From Balanoglossus misakiensis (lineage: Eukaryota; Animalia; Hemichordata), in assembly GCA_040954595.2 (NCBI GenBank), contig CM082582.2, forward strand, positions 9,911,483 to 9,975,482: a stretch of DNA of 64,000 nucleotides, written 5' to 3'. The notes under the pieces were generated by a model. That model saw only the letters and a program-made list of their open reading frames with translations. It was not told where the DNA came from and ran no database searches. The position numbers were made by a program, and so were the translations under genes. Positions 35,370 through 48,700 of this stretch are shown piece by piece; the first letter of the stretch is position 1, and each line of letters begins with the position of its first letter.

Positions 35370-37488
35370 ATGTGGGGTGTGGAAATTTCGTTTTATATTG
35401 CGTTCGCAGTTCGTCTAGGTCTCGTGGCTTATGGGGAATGGCAGGATCGGACAATGCTAGTGAAATACACTGACGTTGACTACAACGTGTTTACTGATGC
35501 TGCTGAATTTGTAACACAGGTAAGCCTGAGGGTATATTGATGCACAGGCGCGAGACAAGTGGGTTCGCGATCGGTAGAATTGCTGCATTTATCCCAGACA
35601 TCAAGCCGGAGCAAGATTTGCAAAATTGACAGTGCGCCCTCTTGTGGCCAGGGTGTCTTTGGTTTTGTGTTTTCTGCAAAGGTTCCTTCCAGTTCCTCAA
35701 TGTGATGGCTAGCAAAACATAGAAATGTGTGGCAGCAAAGTTCCCAATAATACAATTCTTGTTTATATTTTCAGGGGAATTCACCGTATGAAAGAGCCAC
35801 GTATAGATATACACCATTGCTGGCATGGATTCTGACGCCAAACATCTATCTTTCGCCGCTCTTCGGTAAGATTCTCTTCATTCTCTGCGACATCGGGTGT
35901 GGCTGCCTCAGCTACAAGATGTTGCGACTGAGGCTCTGCCCGGAGGACAAGGCACACATCTCGGTGCTCTTCTGGTTGTTCAACCCGCTTCCCATGGCCG
36001 TCTCCAGCCGCGGGAACGCCGAGTCGCTGGTGGCCCTCGTCGTGCTGGCCTCCCTCCTGGCCCTGGTGACGCACAGATCCAAAACGGCGGCCGTCCTCTA
36101 CGGCCTGTCGGTCCACCTGAAGATCTACCCGATCACCTACGCACTGCCCATATACATGTTGCTCGATTCCGACTTCCAAGACAGGAGTCAGAGGAAGACC
36201 TTCATCGGCAGCAGTAGCAATGTCCGCGACGAGAAAGCACTGAGCAACTACGGCACGCTGGTCAAGACACTCTGGCCAAACAGATCACGGTTGCAGTTCA
36301 GCTTGCTGGCCGCCGGAACATTTGGCATCTTGACTGCATTGACGTATTACATGTGAGTCAAAGCTAGACTTCCCTTTACATAATCAGATTGTTTGATGTG
36401 TTCTGCTTTCAGCGAGGGTAGTGTCCCACCACTTAAACCAAAGTGTTGAGTTTGTGGTGCCTTTCTATTGACACCATGATAATTGAACTTTGGGAAAGTA
36501 TACGCATGTCTCACGAGTCTGCTTGACTTGCCTGTGTCAATCAGATATCAAGACATTCTACAATTAGCTTAACAATACAAGCATGCATCTGAAGAAACAG
36601 CATTTAGCAACTTATCACTGAACTAGTTCATACGCATGTTGTGACTCCCTCTGTTGCAGGTATGGCTTTAAGGCCATAGAAGAAGCCTACCTTTACCACA
36701 TCACAAGGAAAGACATTCGCCACAACCTCTCCGTCTACTTCTACATGCTGTACTTGAATGCGCAGTCCGTCCTATCGTGGGTCCTCTCCTTGGCCGTGTT
36801 CATCCCCCAGGTGGTGCTGCTTGTGGCCACGTCCTTCAAGTATTACCAAGACATCAACTTCTGCTGCTTCTTGCACACCTTTGTCTTTGTGACGTTCAAC
36901 AAAGTGTGCACTTCACAGGTAAAGATCCAGCCAACCCTACGTCTGATTTTAATCACATTGATGTATTTGATTCCAACTGAGTCATTCACCATGTGGTGTT
37001 CTAGCTGTGTGGTTTTCATGCAATATAAATTTGAATGCCATTAATTACCATTGTCCCTAAAACAGATTTCTTTCCGGCTCCAATTTCAGTATTTTCTGTG
37101 GTACCTGTGTTTGCTTCCACTGATACTACCAAATCTACAGATGAAGATAAGAAATGGATTGATGCTCCTTTCGCTATGGTTCTTTGGTCAGGTAAGGTGC
37201 TTCTTATTTGTTATTCCCAACTTCTGTGTATTGAAGTGTTCAGCGAGAAGGTTATTCCGACAAGGATCAGTTCCTAAACATTTAAATGTTCTTTTTTTCT
37301 TCTCCTAGACGTTATGTCTGGCTCCTGCCTACTACGTTGAATTCGAAGGACAGAACAAGTTCCTGTACATCTGGTCTGCGGGCATCTTCTTCTTTGCTAT
37401 CAACATCTTCATCATGGTGCGCTTGTTCCGATGCCATCTCATGTTTCCCATGTTCAGGAGAGGCAGGCTAATGGACCTGGGTTTTTAA
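35370..37488 (+). CDS. PIGM: GPI alpha-1,4-mannosyltransferase I catalytic subunit (PIG-M), ~422 aa, 5 exons
   Basis: Exons 35370-35519, 35775-36352, 36660-36918, 37090-37191 and 37309-37488. All are GT-AG with consistent phases. Hallmark motifs: VKYTDVDY (DxD), [18 protein letters not shown]...[60 protein letters not shown] at 38344-38349. Confidence 0.96.
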
Positions 37489-38584
37489 TTTGTGTCGTGT
37501 CATTACCGTATGGTTGTAATGCAATGCAGTATTGAAAGCTAAACTAACCGAAATAATCAAATATTATGTGCTTTTCAACAACTGAAATATTGCAAAGCCA
37601 AAGCTGCTTTGCCTAGCAATCGGCAGGTGTGACTGTATTTTATAAAACTACACACTTAGATTGTATTCTTCAATTGTTATCACTAGTTGCCGATTTTACC
37701 CATTATTAGTTTTAAATTTTTTTACTATGCAAATAAGTTTATCAATATGCATGAAATATCAGCCATTGATGTAATCGTGGATTCATTTTTTTTAGCTAAG
37801 GCAGTAAAACTGTTATGAAATATTTGGTGCATATATATTAAGTTATGCAAATGTCTGTTTTAGTCTCTGTAAGTCAGAGCCACACGAAAGTCAGATTTTG
37901 GTTATTTTATGAATTGTTAACTTTCTGACTCAGATTTTGTTTTTACTTTGTTGCACTCTTGAGTTTAAAGACATAGAAATTATATTTCGTCCATATTTGT
38001 CAGCAAAATCTTTTTTATTCATGACCGCTTACGTGTAATGATACAACTCAATTCATGGTAACTTGCAGGTGTAGCTATTATGATGGTGAGTATGCATGAA
38101 TTTTAGAATTAAAAGCATCATTTATTACAGAGATGGACAAATCATGATTGTGATTTTAGGAATTGTCCACTTTAAAAAAAGAAGATGAGAGAGTATAACC
38201 TTATGACATGTTTCAAATGTAATTTGAACTTTAAAAAAAACCCTCTGAATTTGCCTAGGGTAATTTTGCCTTTGCTTATAAAGTATTCTAATGTATGCTT
38301 GCTTTTCTTTCTTTTGAGTTTCTGTTTTCATGTGGTATAGTGAAATAAAAGTCAATGCAATTGCCGAGTAAAGTCAAAGAGATCTTTTTGTTTTGTGTGT
38401 GTTTTTATTCCACTGTGACATTCAAGTGCTGGGATGCTAGCCGTGAATGTGTTATTAACATTCAAATTGGTTATTCATAAAAAGAGCCGCGTTTGGAAAC
38501 CAACAAACCCAAAGTTTCAAACCAAACCAAACATGCAACACTTCGCACACGCGTTGGAAGAACCGGAAGTTGCACCTGCTGCGG

Positions 38585-38603
38585 CAGTGCGCCCTCTGGC
38601 GTC
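38585..38603 (-). promoter_or_regulatory. CTCF core motif match (CGCCAGAGGGCGCAC) next to an ETS site (CCGGAAGT, ~38563)
   Basis: Close match to the CCRSYAGRKGGCRS CTCF consensus in a CpG-rich patch just downstream of the PIGM poly(A) signal. Confidence 0.45.
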
Positions 38604-40079
38604 GCTGGAGTAACCGGACATGAAACAAACATACAAGGGCCTCTCACTGATCCACTCGTGGAAGACCGGTGAGACAAGAAGCGGAGTTCCCTGTCGCATT
38701 TTCACCCGATCTCAGACACTGTCCTGCTCTGCGATCATTCAGGGAAGGTAAGAGATCCCGGTTAACCGATTGACTTACAGGCAGATGAATCTCTACCACA
38801 CCGACGATCTGTTCCAAAGACGTATCCAGCCATGGTCCACGTCCAACCCATGTGATGCCTGATGGTTGTCGTGCCACAGAGACCTGGGTAAGGTTTCTCC
38901 GCTGAAGTTGATGTCTCCGAAGTATGCGACCATCCTCTGCTCTCACGCACGAGTGTGCCTGTCATACGCAACAAATTTGAAGACACTTTGGTCCCGATTT
39001 TCTGTGCAAGGTGTTAAGCTTGTAAGATGTGCCAATTCCAGACAAAAGAGTCAGTGTTCGTATGCAGGTTTATAACTTACTTCCATTTCCTAGGTGTTGA
39101 CCCTTGACAAGAAAAAGATGGGTACTCATCCCTGCGAACAAGCGACAGGTTCCTACCCTGGGCTAGAATTTACAATGCTTACAGTCCAGATTCCGTATCC
39201 TGTCTGTTACTGCACAAGTACAACTAGAAATCCCGAAATCTGTTGACACCTTTTGTCCATCTCTCTACACTGCCCTATGAAATTCCAATCACACACAACA
39301 CACTCCTGTGAAATTACTGCATGTGCAAAATCCCTGATGATGCATGAATGTGGAAGGGAGCTCTGCATGGCCGAGCTGCGTGTACTACAGCTACGTTCCT
39401 GTGGCATAGCCGTATGACGCACAGCCCTGTCACACACAGCTATTGACTGAGTTATCAAACATGACTGACATGGACTACATCACACAATAAAATCAGAGAT
39501 GCAACTTATGATTGAAGTGCGTACAGAACACTCACCATACACACACAGAAACTCTGACCTCATTGTTTGCTAAAAGAACGTAACAACAACAAGTACAGCT
39601 GATTTTATATCTTTATTTGAAAACACACGAATACATGATATGTAAGCAAAAATGCTATCACACTATCTTCAGTATCTCCCACCATGGATATGACATCTAT
39701 TTCACAGGTATTCTGTCCCTGAAATTACAAAAATGATAATTTAAAGCGACATAAGTTCCAGATCTTCCCAGCATTCAATATGCTGTAAACTTGCATTGAG
39801 GGACACTTTGATCAAAATTGATATACACACACACATAGTATGACAGTGTCACTGTTACAAATGCATGTGCATACAACTTCATTACACTGACAACGGACAG
39901 ATAGAATGACACAAACGTGTACATCAAGACTGACAATATAGATGCAAAGCAGGACCACAAACAATGCAAGATATTAAAACTCATTTTAATAAAGATATTT
40001 GGAGTTGTATAGGCTTGTTGCATTATCACTGTACTTATAATGTAATACACAAAAGATTTATGCTTAACAAATATCAGCT

Positions 40080-40430
40080 AATAAAGAAAAGTTAATTAAA
40101 TATGCAAATTAGCAGATTGTTGATAACTGAGGTGTCATTAAATATTCATTGCGTATGCAAATTAGCTAAGAATGTGCTAATGTCTCATAACACAGCCAGA
40201 TCTGGGGCACATCAATATTTGTAGCATGTTGCATCAAATTCAGAGCACTTTTTCGGAAAATAGCACTGATTAGAAAAGTTCATGAACATTGCAATAAGCA
40301 AATAATTGACATGACACACATCCATCGATCTGATGCCTCCCCAACAGAATGTGTACCAAATTTGACTTGAAACGAGGTGGGCTGAGAGACACGCACACTC
40401 ACAGAAATCAGTGTGACTTGAGCTCACGTG
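40080..40430. repeat. Probable degenerate interspersed repeat
   Basis: TATGCAAATTAGC appears twice, alongside CCAAATTTGA and GAGCTCACGTG. Similar wording (TATGCAAAT) recurs at ~37725-37860. Confidence 0.3.
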
Positions 40431-40575
40431 TCAAAAAAATAAAAAACTTTTACAGCTACAACATGCCTTGCAGTTCATAAACGACGAAGGGGCATGCAAT
40501 GTTGTTTGTGCATTGCTTTACAATGCTAGTACATACTCACTTCAGAAGCCCTCGATACAGAGACGCGGGAAACAT

Positions 40576-40594
40576 CCCCCCCCCCCCCCCCCCC
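40576..40594. repeat. Poly-C tract (C19)
   Basis: Homopolymer seen directly. Confidence 0.9.
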
Positions 40595-42371
40595 ATCGAA
40601 ACTTTTGACAAAGCAACATGTCGATTTCATGAGCCCACATAGAAATTAGCCCGTCTAAATCAACTGCTCATCGATCAGGACAGCTCTGGTTAAGCCGATT
40701 ACTAGTTCTCATGAAATGAATGTGTTCTTTTAGGGAAATACAGGGGAAACATTGAAGTTTCAAACTTACTTTCGATGGTGTTGATGTCTTCACCGCTGAA
40801 ATGGATGACAGCAATTGACAACAGCACGGTTTACCCTACGCAGGCAGTAAATATTAGTCCGCACATGCGTGAGTCGGTGTGCGCGTCCGCGTGAGGAGTG
40901 GCCATTTTCCGTCCCCATCTGCGTTTAACAAATATTTATTTTGATTTTTATTAATTTCTGTTGTAAAAATGTTGTGTGTTTACCCGTAAAACGACTGTAA
41001 GTCAAAACTTGCCACTAATACTAGTGCACTACGTTTTGATTGCTCATTTGTTTAATGAGTGAAGTTCTGAACTTGGAAACTGATTCAGATTCATGTAATG
41101 TTATCATGCAAATAGATTCAGATTCCAGAACTTTTTTTTACAACTGTTCAAAGTCAATGTCAAATGTTCAGAAAATTGAGAGGTATCAAAAATAGTTACT
41201 GTCGGTGTCACAAGTTGCAACTGTGGATCTGTCCATTCTGATGAAATACATTTCAAATATTAAATTATGTCCAGGTGTATTTCTAGTAAAACTTTAATAT
41301 CAGAGTCGTAGATATGGGTGTTATTGCCTTGTTCTCCCAAGAGCAATTAAAGCACACTGGCCACTACTGTTTAATACAGTTCTATTGTTTGGCCAAAATT
41401 AAAGTGGTGATCACCATGCTTTAACTGCCCTTGGGAGAACACTGAAAACCCGACATGCTCTACAAACTGAACATTTTTTTTTCTCAGACCTGTGGGTCCA
41501 GTTTTAATAGACATCATTTTCATTTTCTCATTCATCAGCATCTTTCTCGTCTGAGTCAAAATAATGACAACATAAAGATGGCAAGTGATAAATATGAAAT
41601 GAACGTGCCTCGTTTGACAGATATTAGGTTTGCAAATAACCTTTATGTTTATTTTCAAGATTTGATCAGGCCAACTTGTACATTATGATGTCTTGTGACA
41701 AGGGCACTGTGTTTTATTTTTCTCTCTCTGATCACCGCATAAATATTCGAAATGCAGCACACAATGAAATTACTAATAGCTATTCCACGCGAAAAACAAA
41801 TCTGAATGACTAACCATCACTGTAAATCACTGCTTAGAGTGTGTTCATGTCAGTTGTTTGAGCATTCATCATTCGTTTCTATTCATCATGTACCTTTCCA
41901 TTTGCCATGTACATTTCAAACCATCAGATATGTTTCTGTGCAAATGCCATGTGTACTTTGAGCTATTTGTCATGTACGTACATTCCAGTGAGTGGTTTGT
42001 TACAGACTGACTATCAATTGCTGTCTGTATTGTGTGGTCGCTTTTCTAAAATCTAAGGTGTGTGTTGGTATAATACCAAGAGGATAGTTGAGTGGATCAA
42101 AGTTCTAGCAGTGGATAGGATAGGTGATCATAATTTTTGGGTGGACCATCTTAACACACACGGACAATGAATAATGGTCACTACCCATAGAAATCCTTGA
42201 AGCCTGCCCTCTCTGGTTGATATCATACACTCCTTTATGCTAAAATGACCTCCCATTAGAAGTAGATCTTGTCAAAATAATATTTAACAAAATACCCAAC
42301 TTGAGGCAACAAGTACGGGGAGAGCAGAATCTCAAAATAATTTGCCCATTATTGGTCGGTCGCGAGGCTGT

Positions 42372-45300
42372 TCAGTCACTCTCCTTTCCACCACTAATGA
42401 TTCCAACACAAAGTCGTACATAGCCTGGAGATTCCTGGGGAATCAGCTCTTCGTATCTTCCCTGGTGACTGCTCCCCTCCGGTCCCACATTTATTCTCTT
42501 TATGTCATCTATGAACAGAAAAAAACAAATTCCGTGAAAGCTCCGGGTCGTACGTGTACGATACCGAAAAATTCATTTCCTCTGCTTTGCCTGGAGAGAT
42601 CTTACATTCGTTGTTATTCTTTGTATAAAAGCTCTAAAGTTCATCATGATGTCAGGCCTTATTTTTTTATTCATTCCGGTTTTATGCTGGTCCTCACAGA
42701 CAGAGAAATGTTGCCAAGCTGGTTATAAAATCATGATCATTAACTATATTCTCTCTTTTTGAAATTCAGCTATTAAAACAATTTGTCTTAACCCCGTTCA
42801 AAAAACACACTATGTCAATTCATGGGCTTTAAGTGATGTGTTTGCAAGAAACAACTGTACAACAAGCATTTTTCTCCATGTGGCCTGGTAAAATGTCTTG
42901 AAAGTCTAATTTAATCACTTTAATGGAGATCGCTGCTTGCCCGAATAGAACTTCTTTACAGCGCATCGATTTCCATGGTAATAGCACAACAGAAGGCATT
43001 GAAATTTGATCGGTCGGCATTTCTGGTGTACGTTGGGTTCTTTTTTCCGTGTGTGCTTATTATCTTTCTATTTCTTTTGAATTTGACTGAATAGACAGGG
43101 CTGGTTTGGCATTATTCCCGCAAACGTTTTCAAGTATCATGGTGTATGTTGACACGATTTTTCTAAACCCCAGTGCAAATATTTGCAATATTCGCTGATA
43201 TTTGCATTATTTTTCCTGTGGCTTCATTAATCAGATCTGAGCTGATCAAACAGAATTATGACTGGTAATTTTTGACATTCATCTGTCAGCAAGTTTCCTG
43301 TTTTTCCATGAAATAAATTTCAAAGTGTGCGAGAACATTTTGTTATTTTATGTTCTGTGGTACAGTATAATTGCATGTTTTTTTCTGTGGTTAATTTGAA
43401 GATTGACTGCAAATATGGCGGTGAGAGCTTATGAAAATCGAGGAAATGTAACACTTGTGTTGGGGGAAGCTTGGGTGTCACCCAGGTTCAGGAAGTTAGA
43501 TGAGACTGTTTGCTTTCATTGATTTTTCTGTTGAGAAGAGTTTGTGCTCGTAATGGTTTTCCGCATGTGTGGTCGCTTTGCAGCCACACTGCAAGTCACA
43601 TGCTACCGTGCAGTGCACTGGTAACCCCCTTAGCGATGTCAACTGCGGTCTTGTGCTGCAACACAGGAGGTGTCTCTGCACATAAGTGCTATTAGCTGCA
43701 GTTTTGTATTGCCGTTTGCATTAAAACACAATATACCTGATGATGATGATGATGATAATGTGAAATGTGAAAAAACATCCATTTCAGTTTGCTAAATCAA
43801 GATCAGTTCGGTTGGTACACAAAGATTGATCAATACGTCATTGCATTCTCGTGACGTGACCATATTTTGACTGTTGGCTGCAAAACCCATCAAAATATGG
43901 TCGCATCACGATAATGCTACGCGGAATTGATCAAGGGGCTTTTTAAAAATAAACACTATTGAATGAACATTAGCTTTCATATTCAATGCAATTAAAAAGT
44001 TGGAATATGAAACTGCAAGTCAGATTTATTTGAAGTTTGAGAGGTGATTTTTACTTGGGAGTAACCTCCTCCCCTAATAAAACATAGAATACTTCAAAAT
44101 ATAAAAAAAAAGTGATTTATATTACTTGAGAAATGAAAAGCCTGTGTAACTTCATGAAGCGTGATAAATGTTTTGGCTCCGATATAAAAATGGTACATTG
44201 AATTCATAAATGTCACAGATGCCACCTGCCGTGTGTGATGATATCGTGTTCTTGTTCTGTGACTCTTACTGTTTCGCTGCAGCATTGAACTCCTGTCGAC
44301 TGTCGTCCATGCAACGTGATATTGCACCATGCACCTGCAAATTTTCAACCTTTGCAGTTTCAGCGCCAACTTTACCTAGATAAGCGTCTCTTTTAAACAT
44401 CGAAAAGAGCTCTGTGTTAAAATTGACTTCATCCCAGAAGCTCCAGGCATTTCCACTCTCATAAAATTCATCCTCTGTAGATTCAGCAGGCTGGGATTTA
44501 GAGAGGAAAAAAATGCATGTGTGTGTTGATAGTGCGGTACTCTAAGCTGAGTTAGATTTGTGGTGTAGGGTTTCAGTGATCTCGGGAATAAAATTAAACA
44601 CACTGATCCAGATTCTTAATCACCACACTCATGAATTTTAAGTCCATTTGCTCGACTATTGTGGTGGTTTCATTGTGTTCGCAGGGTTTTTAATTTGGAG
44701 TAAAGATTCCTGAAGGACCAGGTTAATGTTACTTGGCGGCCCTAATTGCGGTGTGAGTTACATTGTAAATTGACATGTGTTATGCGACATTATGGGACGA
44801 CATGTCCGGGAACCCTTAGAGTGTTCAGCATTGGCTAGTGGATGCTTGTATGTCTGAGTGTGGCTTCTTTGTCGTTTGTTGCCTTGAGCTTGAAGTTCCC
44901 TCACGTGTTCAATCCTGTTTAAACAGCCAGTTCTGAAGATGGTGTTGGTTTTCACTCTCGGAAATGAACAAAAGAAGGAAGTAGGTCATATTTTAATGAA
45001 TAAATGCATGTTATTACATGATGACGTTATGTTTGGTGACCTCAAACTTGTTTTTCTTCCATTGCTCGAAGGAGAAGGTTAAAGATTAAACAGGAGTCGC
45101 ATCTGAGATTACTCAGTGGTGATGTTTGCCACAAGTCATGCCATTTCACCAATTCTTTCCATATGTCACATAATATTACCGCGAAAATACCATTTCCTGT
45201 AGTTCCCGGAATCGGCAGTTGACGAAATATGTTATTTTGTTGACTGATTGATTGATTGATCCAGTTGAATGCAAAGTGAGGCCCTCTTATCGCAACAGAT

Positions 45301-45707
45301 GGAGAAAGGGGCTATTTTGGCAGATGGCCATCACTTCAAATCATGTGACCCGATCTGACTCCAATCAAACTGACATCTAGCTTTCAATCAAGCCCTACTC
45401 TGTAACTGCAAGGTGAAAAATCATGCTGACATCATCTTGAGAAAAACACACTCATTTTGTCTCCTGCTGTTCACACTGTACTGATCTATGCTGTGGAATT
45501 ATGATACAGTGTGAACGGGACAAAATCACAAGATTATTCTTAATACGAAGGTGAACTGGGGTCACATGAAGGTATCCTGTACTTTTATGAGTAGATTTTG
45601 CTTTTGTGGGACCGCATGGCTGTCTTGTTTTTGAGTTTGCTGCTGCCCCCTTGATTCTTACAGCGCACAAATTCTGAAGAGGTTTTTAGCGGTGTCATTT
45701 TTTACGC
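42372..45707 (-). other. Candidate multi-exon gene fragment, unidentified
   Basis: Phase-compatible candidate exons 45707-45662, 44956-44905, 44490-44376 (or to 44270) and 43086-42956, plus a terminal-type exon 42508-42372. The 44490-44270 stretch is open for 73 codons between a strong acceptor and a GTAAGA donor. No homology recognised. Confidence 0.2.
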
Positions 45708-48700
45708 CTGATAGATGAAGCAGATTTTCATTAATAGTTGATCACATTTAACCACAGTCCCTCAAAAGAGGGACGGTGATTTAACCTTGCAGTACGACAA
45801 CTGCCAGAAGCATCGCTCCGCATCAATTAGTTTTGAGGTTTTGAAGGCGTAACTAAGGGGAGGTACCTACCACTTAATCTTGGGAAGTCCTTAACAGCTG
45901 TGTGTCAGTGCTGACCACAAAAAAGGAAAAATTGTGCGGATTTTCGCATTGTTCAAAAAAGGCAAATTTATTTGACAATTTTTACAGTGTGGGAATCCCC
46001 CTTTTCCTCCTTTCCCCCTCCCCATGCACACACACGCAGAGCAAGTTGTTTTACTCTGGCTGTGTAAAAACTTTCATTTTGAAATACGTTATTGACATTA
46101 AAAATAGATGGAGTTCCCTGATATGAGAAACTGCACTGCAAATATAGGGCTGGAAATTCCCTCCAGCAGTATTTAAACAAATTTTATCTTTCCAAGTTGT
46201 GTGTGCCACAATTTATGGTCCTTAAGTGCAGTTCCCCGTCATCTCTATTGTGGGAGGACAGCTCCCCCGTACTTTGAACTCTGTGCATGTGTGTGTGGTT
46301 GTGTGGAAAGTAGCATAAAAAGAAAAAGAAAACAGCATTGAAAGTTGTAGCTTTGTCTTTGCAAATAAATCACTGATGATGATTGTGTCTCTCATTGGGC
46401 AACTTTTGTGAAATTCACTCCCCGCATCATCGCAGTTTTTCTCTCTGTTTTGAATTTTTTTGTTCAAAAGTCACAAAAGACGGCGAGTGCAGCCATGTTG
46501 AAACACATCGATGTTAAATGGGAATCGGTCGTAACGTCATAAAATGACAGATTTGTTCATTACACAGTAATAGTTGATGTCTTTTGTCAAAGTGAGCATG
46601 TCACGAAACTTAGGCTAAATGTAGATGACAATTCAGAAAAACTATCAATGCCAAGTCACAGCTGTTGACCCTGTAAGGTAAATTCAATTAAGCATCTGAT
46701 GAAATGTGCCCCATTATAATAGTACTATCCTAATGCATTAGACTAGATGTGTAATGTGTACATCACTGATCAGGTGAGATGAAAAGTTCCTTCAGTCGAG
46801 GTCACCCAGCAGAACGGAATGACTGGGGCTGAACATATAGTGGTTATACTAGTAGTTTATCGATGCATGGAAAATTGGCCAAAGGTGTGCAGAATTTCTA
46901 AAAAGGGGGCAGTCTGTCATCCGCATCATCAGTCAACTTTTCACTAAACACTGACATTGCCAATTGTATTGAAAATCAACGCATATTGTGTTATTGACAC
47001 TGGCAGGCTTCATGTTCTACGTCAGAGTTGGTCCCACTTTGTTCTAATTGTTCATGAAACTGTCTGCGTTCCATGTAGTTCAGTAAGTAGCAAAACAGCA
47101 ATGTAATTACAGTAATCTGTCTTGGGTTGTCTTGTTTGATAAAGTGTGCCATCGAATGACGTAATGGTCTTGGCATCGCAAGCTGTCAAAATTCTCTCAA
47201 ATCCCTCGCGCTGCCTGATGTCGCAAACTCGATCACACTGCCAAATAATTGATGGGGAAGAAAGTGCTATGACTTGTTACTTGTACTACAGTGCCAATAA
47301 TCATTATTCTATTTGAGTTCTGTGCTGGATAACATATTGGCTGTAAATAATATCGTCTTCATGAGCTGCCAATGGGACGCTGAACGCTGAACACAAATCA
47401 ATGCGTCATGTGATTTGGCGAGATAATAGCCTCACACCTGTATCACTGCAGTGCTGTGTAATCTCACAATTTGAACATTTATGCCCAAATTGTTTTGAAA
47501 ATAAATTGCCTGGGAGAGAAGTTTTATCAGTGATGCATGTACGCAAAACAGACAGGGCGTGATCACAATGACAAAGAATGCAGGCAATGATAAAGTCTGA
47601 ACATATCACAGAAAGAACGTACTAGGGAGGTTTCCCTTGAACATTTAATAATTGACTCCACACATTCTGCTGTGATGGAGCTCGGGATATTTATCTTTGA
47701 TGGAGGTGGTCATATATGAGTGGCAACTCATTTATTTTTCATGGCTTGTTCAACTATTTACTTGTGTGTGTTCCCCATCGATGTTTGAAAACCCGCTAAA
47801 TACTTGCCCTTCGGTGAACCCGTTTACATGCTCAATCATTACGTACCGGTGCAGTTGGGCTTTAATATTCATTAAACATAAATCTGACTTGCAAATTTGT
47901 GTATTAAAGTCAGTGTAAAGTCTTCAAGTTTTCCAGCAGCTCCCTCTACAGGTCAGAGTTACCACTTTCCCTTGCCATGTCACCTTGCAGGAGCAGTAAT
48001 GCATCTAGACTCACCTTGATATTAAGGTCACATATCCCGGCAAAGTCATGGTTAACTCTTTGACCTTCGAGTAAATTAGCTTGTTATTAAGGTAGTTCTT
48101 GTTGCAAGGGCTTTGTGCAAGTCACGGCCGTCAATAAATCAAGTAGTTTGGCTTTCCAACTGAACCCGATACCCATGATAGATAGAATAGATTCGGTGTT
48201 GTTTTTTCTGTCGTTCCAATGACGACAGAATGCATTCATGCAAAAGGCCAGAATTATATCTGTTCTCAATGCAAGAGACATGTTCTCACTGAAAAGGATA
48301 CTATTTTTGTATTAAAGGAAAAATATACAAAAATTGATGGAATGTTTCAATGACAAGATGTTACCCATAAGCTGCGTATGGAGATTATAGAGTCTTTGGA
48401 ATTGACATGTATCTCCTGAAACATCAACTCCATCACAAATGCACACTGCCTATTATATTGAAATTAATACCCATCTTTGTGATGGATAACTTGTTATTGG
48501 CATTTCAGAATCGTAAATCTTTCACAGACAATTTTTTTCTCCCCTTTGCAACATGACAAGGATGGCGACAGGCCCGTGAATGGGATGCCTTGTTCTCCTT
48601 GGAGCACCCTTTCAGTCTGTCAATCATCCAATTTTCGATGTAATCAACGCAGAGAAAAAGAACAAAATTAGTTTTGCTGGATAAATAGGATTTGGAACGC

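Larger units (their letters stand above)
38779..40795 (-). other. Candidate spliced non-coding transcript or decayed gene
   Basis: Five GTRAGT donors on the minus strand within ~2 kb (40769, 40540, 39534, 39080, 38778), most with plausible upstream acceptors. The best phase-consistent translation contains in-frame stops. Confidence 0.25.

Noticed and set aside
35781-36217. 132-aa antisense and 106-aa alternative-frame ORFs
   Set aside because: Both overlap the GC-rich PIGM exon 2.
38851-38862. C-D-A-TGA read as a CxxU selenoprotein motif, or GCC TGA TG read as an antizyme-like frameshift site
   Set aside because: There is no thioredoxin-like or antizyme context, the required plus-strand intron would be only 33 nt, a further stop follows, and I found no convincing SECIS.
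39335-39450. TGATGA...CTGA read as a C/D-box snoRNA
   Set aside because: No terminal stem and no recognisable rRNA-complementary guide.
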